A DNA stretch of 64,000 nt from an uncultured cyanobacterium (GTDB lineage Bacteria; Cyanobacteriota; Cyanobacteriia; Cyanobacteriales; Nostocaceae), in assembly GCA_963740315.1 (NCBI GenBank), contig CAVUDP010000001.1, positions 768,001-832,000 of the forward strand. Direction: 5' to 3'. Positions 1-9,786 of this stretch are shown in pieces (position 1 is the first letter of the stretch; each line of letters begins with the position of its first letter). The translations under genes and the position numbers were made by a program. Below the pieces are notes generated by a model, which saw only the letters and a program-made list of their open reading frames with translations, searched no databases and had not been told where the DNA came from.

Positions 1-29
1 AAACCCGGTTTTTTGAAAAAACCGGGTTT
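1..29. repeat. Short palindrome (AAACCCGGTTTTTT-G-AAAAAACCGGGTTT), REP-like or terminator
   Basis: Inverted repeat directly downstream of the minus-strand fut operon. Confidence 0.6.
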
Positions 30-54
30 CTCAGTATCTCTAATTTTTTAAACG

Positions 55-348
55 CTAGCTCTTTTCTTCATTAAACAATTCTACCAAACCAATTGTGCCT
101 ACAAAAAAAGTATATACACCATATTTATACCAAATTTTATCTTTAGAACCGGCTTTGAAAGCTGCTATTATTGCCTCAACAAAATGCACCGCAACAGCAA
201 CCCGTTCGATCCAAAAGATGGGGATAATACTTGACGGTATTTGAACGTCATTTAATCCGGCGTAAATATTCCATAGCTCTAATCCCACAGCACCTATCAT
301 TAGAACTGTAGATGCAATTTTGATCGCAAATAAATTTTTCTTCATCAT
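55..348 (-). CDS. Small membrane protein, last gene of the iron ABC operon
   Basis: 97 aa with hydrophobic segments; 7 bp from the futC stop. Confidence 0.7.
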   Translation of the reverse strand: MMKKNLFAIKIASTVLMIGAVGLELWNIYAGLNDVQIPSSIIPIFWIERVAVAVHFVEAIIAAFKAGSKDKIWYKYGVYTFFVGTIGLVELFNEEKS

Positions 349-355
349 TCTTAAA

Positions 356-1396
356 TTACTCTGAAAAAATTCTTACAGCATTATCTACTATTGATATTTT
401 TACAGATGTTCCTTCTGGTAATATTGTATCGGTCATTGTTCTAGCATGAATTTCTCTACCGGAAGGAGTTTCTAAACAATAGCGGTATTCTCTTCCTAAA
501 AATCGCCGTTTAGTAATCTTGACTTTAGAATCTGTATCTGGTTTTAAAATACAATCTTCTTGGCGAATCATGATTTCCCCTGCATTCTGGCTATGATTGC
601 CCTTGATTTCAAAATAACCAATTTCTGTTTCCCAATCATTACCTTGGCGACGGGCTGGTAAAAAGTTGGCTTGAGTCACAAATTCCGCAACAAACCGCGA
701 TGCCGGATGGCTGTAAATTTCTTCTGGCGTGCCTATTTGTTCTAAGCATCCTTGACGCATCACCCCTACTACATCTGCGATCGCAAGGGCTTCTTCTTGA
801 TCGTGAGTAATAAAAACAGCCGAAGTTCCAGCAAGTTTAAGAATATCTCGGATTTCTTCTCGCAACTGCAATCTAACTTGGATATCAAGATTAGACAAAG
901 GTTCGTCCAAAAGCATCAGTTTTGGTTTGGGTGCTAAAGCACGGGCTAAAGCGACTCGCTGCTGCTGCCCCCCGGAAAGTTCGTAAGGATAACGTTTTTC
1001 TAAAGTCTGTAGCCCTACCAAGTTTAAAACTTCTGAAACCCTTTGTAATCGTTGATTTTTATTCGACTTTTTTAATCCGAAAGCAACGTTTTCCGCTACC
1101 GTCAGATGGGGGAATAGTGCGTAATCTTGAAACACAATTCCAATATCGCGTTTTTCTGGCGGTACCCAAGCTTTAGGAGAGCAAATTTTCTGTTCCCCAA
1201 TTTGAACTTCTCCAGTTTGCGGAAATTCAAAACCGCCAATTATTCGCAACAACGTTGTCTTACCGCAACCCGAAGGACCCACTAAAGCTAGTATATCCCC
1301 TTCGTGCAATGAAAAAGAAACATTGTTTACCGCAGGAATCTTACTTTCTGCAAAGAATTTAGTAATATTTTGTAAGCTGAGAATTTCTTTTCGCAT
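356..1396 (-). CDS. futC: Fe3+ ABC transporter ATP-binding subunit
   Basis: Walker A GPSGCGKT, LSGGQQQR signature, LLDEP, TOBE-like C-terminus; operon context. Confidence 0.9.
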   Translation of the reverse strand: MRKEILSLQNITKFFAESKIPAVNNVSFSLHEGDILALVGPSGCGKTTLLRIIGGFEFPQTGEVQIGEQKICSPKAWVPPEKRDIGIVFQDYALFPHLTVAENVAFGLKKSNKNQRLQRVSEVLNLVGLQTLEKRYPYELSGGQQQRVALARALAPKPKLMLLDEPLSNLDIQVRLQLREEIRDILKLAGTSAVFITHDQEEALAIADVVGVMRQGCLEQIGTPEEIYSHPASRFVAEFVTQANFLPARRQGNDWETEIGYFEIKGNHSQNAGEIMIRQEDCILKPDTDSKVKITKRRFLGREYRYCLETPSGREIHARTMTDTILPEGTSVKISIVDNAVRIFSE

Positions 1397-1785
1397 TTTG
1401 AATTTTTAGGAATTGGGAATTGGTAATTGGTAATTGGGAACACAAAAAATAAGTTTGTATACAGATTTTTATAATTTTAAGACCAGTATTGGAGTATATA
1501 TATATATATAAATTAGATACAAATTGAATACAATCGAGACTTACGCAACTTAATAAATTTTGTACGTGCCTACAATACTTGTAGCGTCACGCACCACCCG
1601 TAGATTCTGACAATAATGACGCTAAGGCTAACGGAATTATTAATGATATTAAATCAACCATAATATGCATTTCATAAGTTTACTTACAATCAACATTATC
1701 TTTTAAGTATACCCAGTTTATTTTATATTAGTTCTAAAAATAATCGTACAAAAATATAATTACTTTTCATTTAAATGAATTATTT

Positions 1786-3372
1786 TTAGATTTTTTGATT
1801 AGCTTTTTCTTGAGATAATACAAAAAATGTTGATGCCATAGATACTATTAGTATCATCAGTGAAGCTGCCGCCGCATCCGCAAAATCAACGTTTTCTGTG
1901 GCTTTCCAAATTTCTACCGCTAAAGTATCAAAGCCGATTGGTGATAGCAGCATGGTGGCGGGTAATTCTTTCATTGCTGTGAGAAACACTAATACGGTAC
2001 CGCTTAAAATACCAGGACTTACTAAGGGTAAAGTGACTTCTTTTAAAGTCTGCCAGGATGATTTACCTAAACTACGCGCTGCTTCTTCTATTTGAGGATT
2101 TACTTGTAATAAAGAAGTACGAACCGTCCCGATTGATTGCTGCAAAAATAATATCAAATATGCAAAAATCAACATCGGTAAAGTTTGATATAAAAATGGT
2201 AAATAATTAGCACCAAAAAATACTAATGATAGAGCTACAACAATTCCCGGTACGCCAAAACAAATATAGGTTGCACGCTCAACTACAGCAATAATTTTAG
2301 AAGGAAAACGTACTGATAATATCGCAATTGGTAAAGCAAATAAAGTCGTGACAACTGCTGCTAAACCGGCGGCAGTAATTGAATTTAAAGTAGGCTGTAG
2401 TAAGTCAATAAATTCGTATTCATTTAATAATCCTTGAATCAACCAAAATACAATAGTAATTACGGGTAATACCACACCCAAAAAAGTAATTATCGCGCAA
2501 AAAATCAAAGATGGTAACTTCCAAGCACCTAATTTAACAAGCTTCGTCGGACGAAATGATGAGGTACCGCGAGTATAATAAGCAGCACGGGAACGCATTC
2601 GATATTCCAGCCACAAAATAAACATTACTATCGTTACCAACACCAAAGATAAAGCCGCAGCAGCATCGCGGTTAAAGCTAGCTTGATATTGAATAAAAAT
2701 CGCCTGGGTAAAGGCATCGAACTGCATTAACGAAGGAGTACCAAAGTCTCGCAAAGCATACAAAGCTACTAATAAACCCCCGGCAATTAATGATGGATAT
2801 AACTGCGGTAAAACTACTTTGAAAAAAGTTTCTCTACCGTTGTAACCCATACTGCGAGCGGCTTCTTCCAAAGAAGGATCTAACCCTTGCAATGCCGATC
2901 GCAGACTTAACAGCATATAGGGATAGGTAAACAAAGTTAATGCGAGAATTGCACCAAACCAACCATAAATAGAAGGTAATTCTTCCACACCCAAAGGTGC
3001 GAGTAGAAGTTGCAGAAAACTACCCCTCGGAGCAAAAGCACCAATTAAAGCGAAACTACCAACGTAACTGGGAACCGCCAAAGGCAATGTAGTTGCTACC
3101 AGCCAAAAACGTCGCTTTGGTAAATCCGTTCGCACGGTTAAAAACGCCAAAGGTACAGAAATTAGTGCTGAAAATAGCGCCACAGCCGCCATTAAAACAA
3201 TACTGTTGAATAAAACGATCAGATTTTGTTGGCGGGTGAATAACTGCAACAACTCATCACCACCAGCATACGCAGTGCGAATCACCAGATAAAACAGCGG
3301 TAAAGCGATCGCAACTGCTACTACTACCGCAGCAACTGTCAGAAATAAGGGAGGGCGAACCGCCTTTGACAC
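1786..3372 (-). CDS. futB: Fe3+ ABC transporter permease
   Basis: Two EAA loops (EEAARSMG, EEAARSLG), many TM helices. Start uncertain: GTG 3372 preferred because the ORF extension to 3426 lies in a repeat tract. Confidence 0.88.
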   Translation of the reverse strand: MSKAVRPPLFLTVAAVVVAVAIALPLFYLVIRTAYAGGDELLQLFTRQQNLIVLFNSIVLMAAVALFSALISVPLAFLTVRTDLPKRRFWLVATTLPLAVPSYVGSFALIGAFAPRGSFLQLLLAPLGVEELPSIYGWFGAILALTLFTYPYMLLSLRSALQGLDPSLEEAARSMGYNGRETFFKVVLPQLYPSLIAGGLLVALYALRDFGTPSLMQFDAFTQAIFIQYQASFNRDAAAALSLVLVTIVMFILWLEYRMRSRAAYYTRGTSSFRPTKLVKLGAWKLPSLIFCAIITFLGVVLPVITIVFWLIQGLLNEYEFIDLLQPTLNSITAAGLAAVVTTLFALPIAILSVRFPSKIIAVVERATYICFGVPGIVVALSLVFFGANYLPFLYQTLPMLIFAYLILFLQQSIGTVRTSLLQVNPQIEEAARSLGKSSWQTLKEVTLPLVSPGILSGTVLVFLTAMKELPATMLLSPIGFDTLAVEIWKATENVDFADAAAASLMILIVSMASTFFVLSQEKANQKI

Positions 3373-3523
3373 TTCTTTTGATACTCCTATTTGTATGTAT
3401 GGGGGGATGGGGAGAGGGGGAGACAAGGAGAGAGGGGGTAGAGGGGGAAGAGGGGGTAGAAAATTCTTAACTCCTCACTCAATACTCCTCACTCAATACT
3501 CCTAACCTTTAACCTTTAACCTG

Positions 3524-4525
3524 TTAAACGACTCCTGCTTTTTCTAGTAACTTTAAGGTTTCTTCTAAGCTATCGAGTTTCGATAAGTCAATATTGGGAG
3601 GATTGAGTTTATCTAAAGGTACTAAGGAACTATCCGCTTCTACTCCTTTTGCCAAAGGATACTCGTTAGTTTCGGTGGCGAAATATTTTTGCGCTGCGGG
3701 GCTAACCATATATTTGATAAATGCTTGAGCATCTTCTGGTTGATCGGTGGATTTGAGTATTGCTAACCCTGCAACGTTAATCATTGCACCAGCATCCCCA
3801 TTGGTGAAGTGATGGGCTACGGGAAAGTTAGCATCATCTTTGATAAAACGAGGTAGATAATAGTGATTTACTAATCCTAATTCAACCTCACCCCTTCCTA
3901 AAGCTTCGACTATTGAGGTATTGTTACCGTATTTATTGACATCGTTGGCTTTCATCGCTTTGAGCCATTCCAATGTCTTTTCATCACCTTCTATAACCCG
4001 CATTCCCGTGACGAATGACTGAAACGAACCGTTTGTGGGTGCCCAAGCAACTTTACCGCGCCATTTTGGTTCGGTTAATTCCCAAACTGAGGAAGGCAAT
4101 TCGCTTTCTTTGACTAACTTGGTATTGTAATCAACTACACGAGCGCGTCCGGAAACTCCTACCCAATTTCCCGTAGGAGAACGAAAGCGAGAATCTACTT
4201 CTTCAAGTATCTCCGATGGAATCGGTGAAGTAATTTGTTTCTGTTCCAAAGCGCCCAAAGCACCCGCATCTTGTCCTAAAAACACGTCAGCTTTACTATT
4301 TTCGCCTTCTTCCAAAAGCGCGATCGCCAGTTCAGAGGTTTTACCGTAACGCACGTCAATATCTAAATTCAAGTCTTTTTCTGCTTGTTCGATTATGGGA
4401 GAAACTAGCTTCTTGTTTCTACCGGAATAAACAACAAGAGTTTTAGGATTATTACTGAGTGCTTCACACCCCGCGCAGATGACTAAAGAAGCAAGCAATC
4501 CCGTTAATAAAAATTTTTGTCGCAT
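3524..4525 (-). CDS. futA: Fe3+ ABC transporter substrate-binding protein (FutA/IdiA/FbpA family)
   Basis: Lipoprotein-like signal, VYSGR, LVNHYY iron-binding tyrosines, TNEYP. Confidence 0.9.
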   Translation of the reverse strand: MRQKFLLTGLLASLVICAGCEALSNNPKTLVVYSGRNKKLVSPIIEQAEKDLNLDIDVRYGKTSELAIALLEEGENSKADVFLGQDAGALGALEQKQITSPIPSEILEEVDSRFRSPTGNWVGVSGRARVVDYNTKLVKESELPSSVWELTEPKWRGKVAWAPTNGSFQSFVTGMRVIEGDEKTLEWLKAMKANDVNKYGNNTSIVEALGRGEVELGLVNHYYLPRFIKDDANFPVAHHFTNGDAGAMINVAGLAILKSTDQPEDAQAFIKYMVSPAAQKYFATETNEYPLAKGVEADSSLVPLDKLNPPNIDLSKLDSLEETLKLLEKAGVV

Positions 4526-4782
4526 TTTCTTAAATCTTTTCTCCAGTAAAACAATTAGCTGTTTGCAGTTAAGTCATAAAGACATCACCTGTAACATTTA
4601 TGCATTAAGCAGTACATCATAACGCCAAACAGCACGTTTTTATTACTATAGAAGCATTATTCAAGGTTAATTTTACTACCATCGTAGTTTTCTATACTTA
4701 ATGAAAAGCTAAATGCTTTCTTCAATAGAACAGAATTAACCTTTATATAATTTCTCTATAGCTTTACTTAATCGCTGTAGTT

Positions 4783-4801
4783 AACGATAACATTTATCAA
4801 C
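4783..4801. promoter_or_regulatory. Putative Fur-family box upstream of futA
   Basis: AACGATAACATTTATCAAC resembles the TGATAATnATTATCA dyad. Confidence 0.4.
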
Positions 4802-5098
4802 TACTATGTAATGTATAACGAGTACATTTCAATGTAAACCCGCATTCCTAAGTAAATTGGCGCAAATAAAACCAACTATGTTACAGAATTTTTGGCATCA
4901 TCTTGCCCCTATTCCCTTCGATCGCGATTTTCAACGCCTACCTACTTCGTTGGGTATCTATGTTTTGCAGCGATTTGGAAAGGACAATCCATAATCTAAA
5001 ATTGAATCGTTTAAAAGAGTTGCTCGCCAAGCAGCCAGATAAATATAGTTACGAGCAAATTCTAATCGTTATTAGCTTTGTTTATAACTCATGCATTA

Positions 5099-5119
5099 TT
5101 TGATAATCTTTTTCAATAA
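5099..5119. promoter_or_regulatory. Putative Fur-family box upstream of the HugZ-like gene
   Basis: TTTGATAATCTTTTTCAATAA imperfect dyad. Confidence 0.45.
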
Positions 5120-5363
5120 AATCATATTGATAGCATAGACTTGTTTCACATTCTTGCTTCTCCAGTCGATGGAAATTTGTCTCATACAATACACTTAAAA
5201 GCTATATGATTATTTGTAATTTTTAGCAACAAGTTCTAAGGTATTATATAGAGATTTACAGAAATAATTGCTTATAGGCTGTAATTTTTGGCAAATAACT
5301 AAAACGGGGGCAAATATATTTAAGCAAGCTAAAGTTTGATTTTTACAAAGGAGGTTATATCTA

Positions 5364-5879
5364 TTGGGAATGAAAATACAAAGAGCAAAAGCAGCATACG
5401 CCTTATTAGTTAATACCGTAAGAACGGTGGTATTAGGAACAGTTAGCGAAACGGGTATTCCTAATGTTAGCTACGCACCATTTATAATGGATGAAGCTAA
5501 AAATATTTATGTTTTGGTGAGCAAAGTTTCCGTCCATACTTCTAATCTTCAAGCAAATAGTAAAGCCAGCGTGATGTTAATTGAAGATGAAAATAAAAGT
5601 AAACAAATTTTTGCCCGTCGGCGTTTGACATATTCTTGTTACGCAACTGCTATAGATAGAAATAGTCCAGAATGGGAGCTTATCGCCGATCGCTTTGATA
5701 AAAGATTCGGAAATATTATTTACATTTATCGTAATTTACCAGATTTTGATATTTTTAAGTTTACTCCTCACGAAGGTTTATTTGTGATGGATTTTGGCGC
5801 AGCTTATAAGATTACTTCTAGTGATTTAAATCATCTAATCCAGATTATAGAAGAAGGTTGCGATAAAAAAGGAAACTAA
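5364..5879 (+). CDS. HugZ/HutZ-like pyridoxamine 5'-phosphate oxidase-family heme utilisation protein
   Basis: PNVSYAPF, HTSNL, ASVMLIEDE..IFARRRLT, FGAAY motifs; GGAGG RBS. Confidence 0.82.
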   Translation: MGMKIQRAKAAYALLVNTVRTVVLGTVSETGIPNVSYAPFIMDEAKNIYVLVSKVSVHTSNLQANSKASVMLIEDENKSKQIFARRRLTYSCYATAIDRNSPEWELIADRFDKRFGNIIYIYRNLPDFDIFKFTPHEGLFVMDFGAAYKITSSDLNHLIQIIEEGCDKKGN

Positions 5880-5918
5880 TTTATATTTATATTTATATTT
5901 ATATTTATATTTATATTT
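5880..5918. repeat. (TTTATA)n microsatellite
   Basis: About 6 tandem hexamers directly after the stop. Confidence 0.85.
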
Positions 5919-6291
5919 AGCTTTCAATAATTACCTGAATCTATACAGATATATATCAATTTTTCCGTTATCTTAGGATTTTTTTTACTATATAGAATTA
6001 AATTTTTGATAATCTTCTGGGCATGGAAAAAACTTAAACAAGAAATCCGTTCGATCGCATTATATTTATGCATTTCAACCATAGTTGAAAATCTTATCGG
6101 GATATTTGATACAAATTGTCAACAAGTGTTTTATACTAAGAATATTGTGAGGAGCATCTTCCAAAATAATTGGATGAACCATTTTTCACAAAGCGGGCTG
6201 ATGCTAAACAGAGGGATGCTCTAATTAAGGCTCGGAATAGCTTAGGGATTGAAGCATATATAGGCATCTATAAATATTAAGATTTAGTCAC

Positions 6292-6340
6292 AGCCTCTGG
6301 GTTAGATATCCTCTTTCACCAATTGCCAGAGGCTTTTTTT
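6292..6340 (+). terminator. Rho-independent terminator-like hairpin
   Basis: AGCCTCTGG ... CCAGAGGCT followed by a T-run; unusually long 25-nt loop. Confidence 0.55.
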
Positions 6341-6431
6341 ATTTAACATAAATCGGGCTGTAGGATATATTACAGCAGATTTGACTTTAATCGAGCAAAC
6401 TAGACTAACACTCTAAAAATTTGATTTTATA

Positions 6432-6547
6432 CTGATATCTTGCACCATTCGAGGGTAAGAATCAGAGAAAGAATGTTGTTCCAGGCTGAGCTTGGGAACG
6501 CCGTTTTGGAGGTAGCTCCGATTATTGCAACTGGCGCAAAAAGTCAG
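6432..6547. mobile_element. Degenerate MITE-like element
   Basis: Imperfect terminal inverted repeats CTGATATCTTGCACCA / TGGCGCAAAAAGTCAG; internal GTTCCAGGCTGAGCTTGGGAAC palindrome. Confidence 0.45.
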
Positions 6548-6768
6548 ATTATAAGGCAGCTATATAAAACTATTATCTTTAATATTTAATTAACAATAAT
6601 AGACAAACGGATTATCTATTTGTAGCCTATATTTCTTGCTTATTCAGCTTAATGCAACTTACTATCAACTTTAATCGCCGGAAAGTCTCATTTTGGATGT
6701 GTCTTGAATATACAGCCACCATGCTAGCGGAGCGTTGGCTGTTTTTTTCCGAATCTTTATTTTAATTT

Positions 6769-6777
6769 GTGTGAGGA
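6769..6777 (+). promoter_or_regulatory. Yfr1 sRNA target site in the porin 5' UTR
   Basis: GTGTGAGGA immediately before the GTG start, complementary to the conserved Yfr1 motif ACUCCUCACAC. Confidence 0.6.
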
Positions 6778-6779
6778 AA

Positions 6780-8237
6780 GTGAAAAATATCTGGAATTTA
6801 TTAGCAAGTCCATTTCTAGTTGCGACTTTGATTTTAAGCGCTACATCAGTTGCAGCAGAAACAGTAGTTACATCGGAAAAGACTCAAGAAGAAACATTAG
6901 GGCAAGTAACTTCTGTATCTCAGTTTTCTGACGTACAGCCTACAGACTGGGCATTTCAATCGTTACAATCTTTGGTAGAACGTTACGGTTGTATTGCTGG
7001 ATATCCAAACAGCACTTTTCGCGGTAATCGAGCATTAACAAGATATGAATTTGCTGCGGGTTTGAATGCTTGTTTGAATAGAATGAATCAACTAATAGAT
7101 GCTGGAAACAGCAATGCAGGTGGCGAAGACTTAAGCACTATCAAAAGATTGCAATCAGAATTTTCCTCTGAATTGGCGACATTGCGCGGTAGAGTCGATG
7201 CAGTTGAAGCGAAAACCGCTCAAATCGAAGCTTCGCAGTTTTCTACAACTACCAAGTTAGAGGGAGAAGTAGTTATAGCGGTAACTGATGTTTTTGAGGG
7301 TAATTCCACAAACAAAAACGCTACTTTAGGTACGAGAGCGCGGATTAATTTCGTTACCAGTTTTACGGGGAAAGATATTCTCTATACTCGCATCCAAGCG
7401 AATAATATTCCCGATGTGGATGAGGCTCCTTTAGCTTTTGCTGGCGATGAAGATACCAATGCTTACTTAGACGGCTTGTATTATAGTTTTCCCTTAACTA
7501 AAAGTACTAATGTTATCGCAATCGCAAATGCAGGTGCAGCGGATGACTTGGTAGATACCGTTAACCAATTTGATGGCGACGGTGCGGAAGGAGCTTTATC
7601 TAGCTTTGGTACTCGCAACTTCATTTATTATCAAATGGATGGCTCTGGATTGGGAATTACGCAAAAATTGGGCTCTCGCTTGTCATTAAGTTTGGGTTAT
7701 TTAGCTTCTAGCAATAACAATCCCAGCCCAGGAAATGGTCTATTTGAAGGTAGCTATGGTGCTTTAGCGCAACTTACTTTTGAACCCAGCAAGCGTTTTA
7801 AAGTTGGTTTAACCTATATCAACGGTTACGATGAGCCAAATCAAACAAATAATGATTCCTATGGTGTTCAAGCAACATTAGGTTTAAGTGACAAGTTGGT
7901 ACTAGGAGGTTGGGGAGGTTACAGCAATGTTCGTGATGTGAATTCAAGCGTAGATGCAGATGTATGGAGTTGGGCTGTTACTTTGGGATTACCTGATTTG
8001 GGTAAAAAAGGTAATACGGCTGGTGTGATTTTTGGTATGAATCCTAAAGTTACAGATTCCAGTATTCCTGGTTTCACAAAGCAAGATAGTTCCTATCACA
8101 TCGAAGGATTTTATCAGCACAAGGTAAATGACAATATCAGCATTACTCCTGGAGTGATTTGGGTAACGGCACCCGGTAATGATAATGATAATGATGATGC
8201 GATCGTTGGTACTTTGAGAACTACTTTTACTTTTTAA
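6780..8237 (+). CDS. SLH-domain / OprB-family outer membrane porin (iron uptake porin type)
   Basis: QVTSVSQFSDVQPTDWAFQ, CIAGYP, TRYEFAAGLNACL, FSTTTKL, terminal LRTTFTF; GTG start at 6780 preferred. Confidence 0.92.
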   Translation: MKNIWNLLASPFLVATLILSATSVAAETVVTSEKTQEETLGQVTSVSQFSDVQPTDWAFQSLQSLVERYGCIAGYPNSTFRGNRALTRYEFAAGLNACLNRMNQLIDAGNSNAGGEDLSTIKRLQSEFSSELATLRGRVDAVEAKTAQIEASQFSTTTKLEGEVVIAVTDVFEGNSTNKNATLGTRARINFVTSFTGKDILYTRIQANNIPDVDEAPLAFAGDEDTNAYLDGLYYSFPLTKSTNVIAIANAGAADDLVDTVNQFDGDGAEGALSSFGTRNFIYYQMDGSGLGITQKLGSRLSLSLGYLASSNNNPSPGNGLFEGSYGALAQLTFEPSKRFKVGLTYINGYDEPNQTNNDSYGVQATLGLSDKLVLGGWGGYSNVRDVNSSVDADVWSWAVTLGLPDLGKKGNTAGVIFGMNPKVTDSSIPGFTKQDSSYHIEGFYQHKVNDNISITPGVIWVTAPGNDNDNDDAIVGTLRTTFTF

Positions 8238-8249
8238 TATTTCACCGGG

Positions 8250-8300
8250 TTTGTAGTGAGGATTTTAATCCTCAACATAAGAATTAAAATTCTTACTACA
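8250..8300. repeat. GTAG-type REP-like palindrome
   Basis: TTGTAGTGAGGATTTTAATCCT ... AGAATTAAAATTCTTACTACAA between convergent genes. Confidence 0.6.
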
Positions 8301-8321
8301 AGCTTTTTCTACTAATTAATA

Positions 8322-9281
8322 TTAAACAACACATTCTTCCAACTGACTTATAATTTTTTCAGTATCTAAATTTATGCCGATAAAAACCAGTTGATTAGAT
8401 GGAGTTGTCGTCCATTCATCCCTTTGAAAATTACAGCGTTTACCGCTAAGTTGAAAAATATGTCGTAGTTTACTTCCTTGATACCAGATAATTCCTTTTC
8501 CTCTATATACTGTTTTCGGTAGTTCGTCTAAAAATTTATTAAACTTTTCAACACTCAAAGGTTTATCGCTTTGGAAGGAAACGGACATAAAATTATCTTG
8601 CTGCAACCGATTCATAGATGAGTCAACATTATGCTGTAATGAAAACGAAAGCGGTTTTAAATTAGATTCACTCACATCTAAAATCAAAGGTAAAGGAATT
8701 TCCCCGTATTCAGAACGAATAATTTTAGCATCATTTTTAACTGAATTAATATATTCTTCAACTTCCTGAAGTTTTGCATCTGATACTAAATCTATTTTAT
8801 TTAATATAATAATATCTCCATAGATAACTTGCTCTAAAGCGATTTTGCTTTCAAAACAATCGGAATTAAAATTTTCTGCATCAACAACTGTTAAAATAGA
8901 ATCTAAACGAGTCACATCCCTCAAATTACTACTAGTAAAAGTCATCATTAACGGTATGGGTTCGGCTAAACCTGTAGTTTCAATAACTATATAATCGATA
9001 TTATTACGCTCTAAAACTTGATTTACAGCATCTATTAAACTAGCATTAATCGTACAACAAATACAGCCGTTACTAAGTAGCATCATATCGCGATCGATAG
9101 ATACTAAAAGCTGACTATCAATATTTATTTCGCCAAATTCATTGACTAGAACAGCTATTTTTAAATTTTGGCGGTTGGTCAAAATTTGATTTAACAAAGT
9201 AGTTTTACCACTTCCGAGAAATCCTGTAATAATTGTCACGGGTGTTTTTTGTTTGGGAAGTTGAAATCTTTGGATCATCAC
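8322..9281 (-). CDS. CobW/COG0523 metal-chaperone GTPase
   Basis: GFLGSGKTT, NEFGE, GCICC, ETTGLA, NKID, CobW_C region. Confidence 0.92.
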   Translation of the reverse strand: MMIQRFQLPKQKTPVTIITGFLGSGKTTLLNQILTNRQNLKIAVLVNEFGEINIDSQLLVSIDRDMMLLSNGCICCTINASLIDAVNQVLERNNIDYIVIETTGLAEPIPLMMTFTSSNLRDVTRLDSILTVVDAENFNSDCFESKIALEQVIYGDIIILNKIDLVSDAKLQEVEEYINSVKNDAKIIRSEYGEIPLPLILDVSESNLKPLSFSLQHNVDSSMNRLQQDNFMSVSFQSDKPLSVEKFNKFLDELPKTVYRGKGIIWYQGSKLRHIFQLSGKRCNFQRDEWTTTPSNQLVFIGINLDTEKIISQLEECVV

Positions 9282-9450
9282 TATTTATTAACAGCTAGTT
9301 GTCTGTCTCATAAAGAATGCCGGGTGAGGGGGAAGAGGGGGAAGAGGGGGAGAGGGGGAAGAGGGGGGAGAAAAAACTTTCTGTTTTTAGGATACACCCG
9401 TCAGAATTAATGTGGTGGAGTACGAGTAGTCTGTCTTATTAATTTTGATA

Positions 9451-9510
9451 GGTTTGTAGTAAGGGCATTGGTTCCCTCCGGATTTAGAGCTAAAGCCCTT
9501 ACTACGAACC
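9451..9510. repeat. GTAG-type REP-like palindrome
   Basis: GGTTTGTAGTAAGGGC ... GCCCTTACTACGAACC; same family as 31131-31257. Confidence 0.7.
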
Positions 9511-9515
9511 TTTGT

Positions 9516-9632
9516 CTAAGAGGTGCCGAAAATTTAACACCAGAACAAGTTAAAGCAGCTAATAACTGGGAAAAAGCAGACTACAATCCAGAATTTCGCA
9601 AACAACGCCGGTTTATCTCGGTCAAAAATTAG
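9516..9632 (+). pseudogene. C-terminal remnant of a pentapeptide-repeat protein
   Basis: Translates LRGAENLTPEQVKAANNWEKADYNPEFRKQ; no start codon; abuts a REP. Confidence 0.6.
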
Positions 9633-9786
9633 TGAAATAATTAGTTAAATATGAATATTCAAAAAACCTTTCTAGTAACTGTTTTTAAAGATTAAACGAA
9701 ATATCATGTGCTTGAAATGCAGTTTTGTGAAATTTCTGTAAAGTCGAAAATAGCAAAACCAATCCTTCAAAAGGAGAGAGCAGGAG

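Noticed and set aside
6340..6780. Possible cobalamin riboswitch or IsaR1 near the porin and CobW genes
   Set aside because: No B12-box or IsaR1-like sequence recognised by eye; the structured part is explained by a MITE remnant
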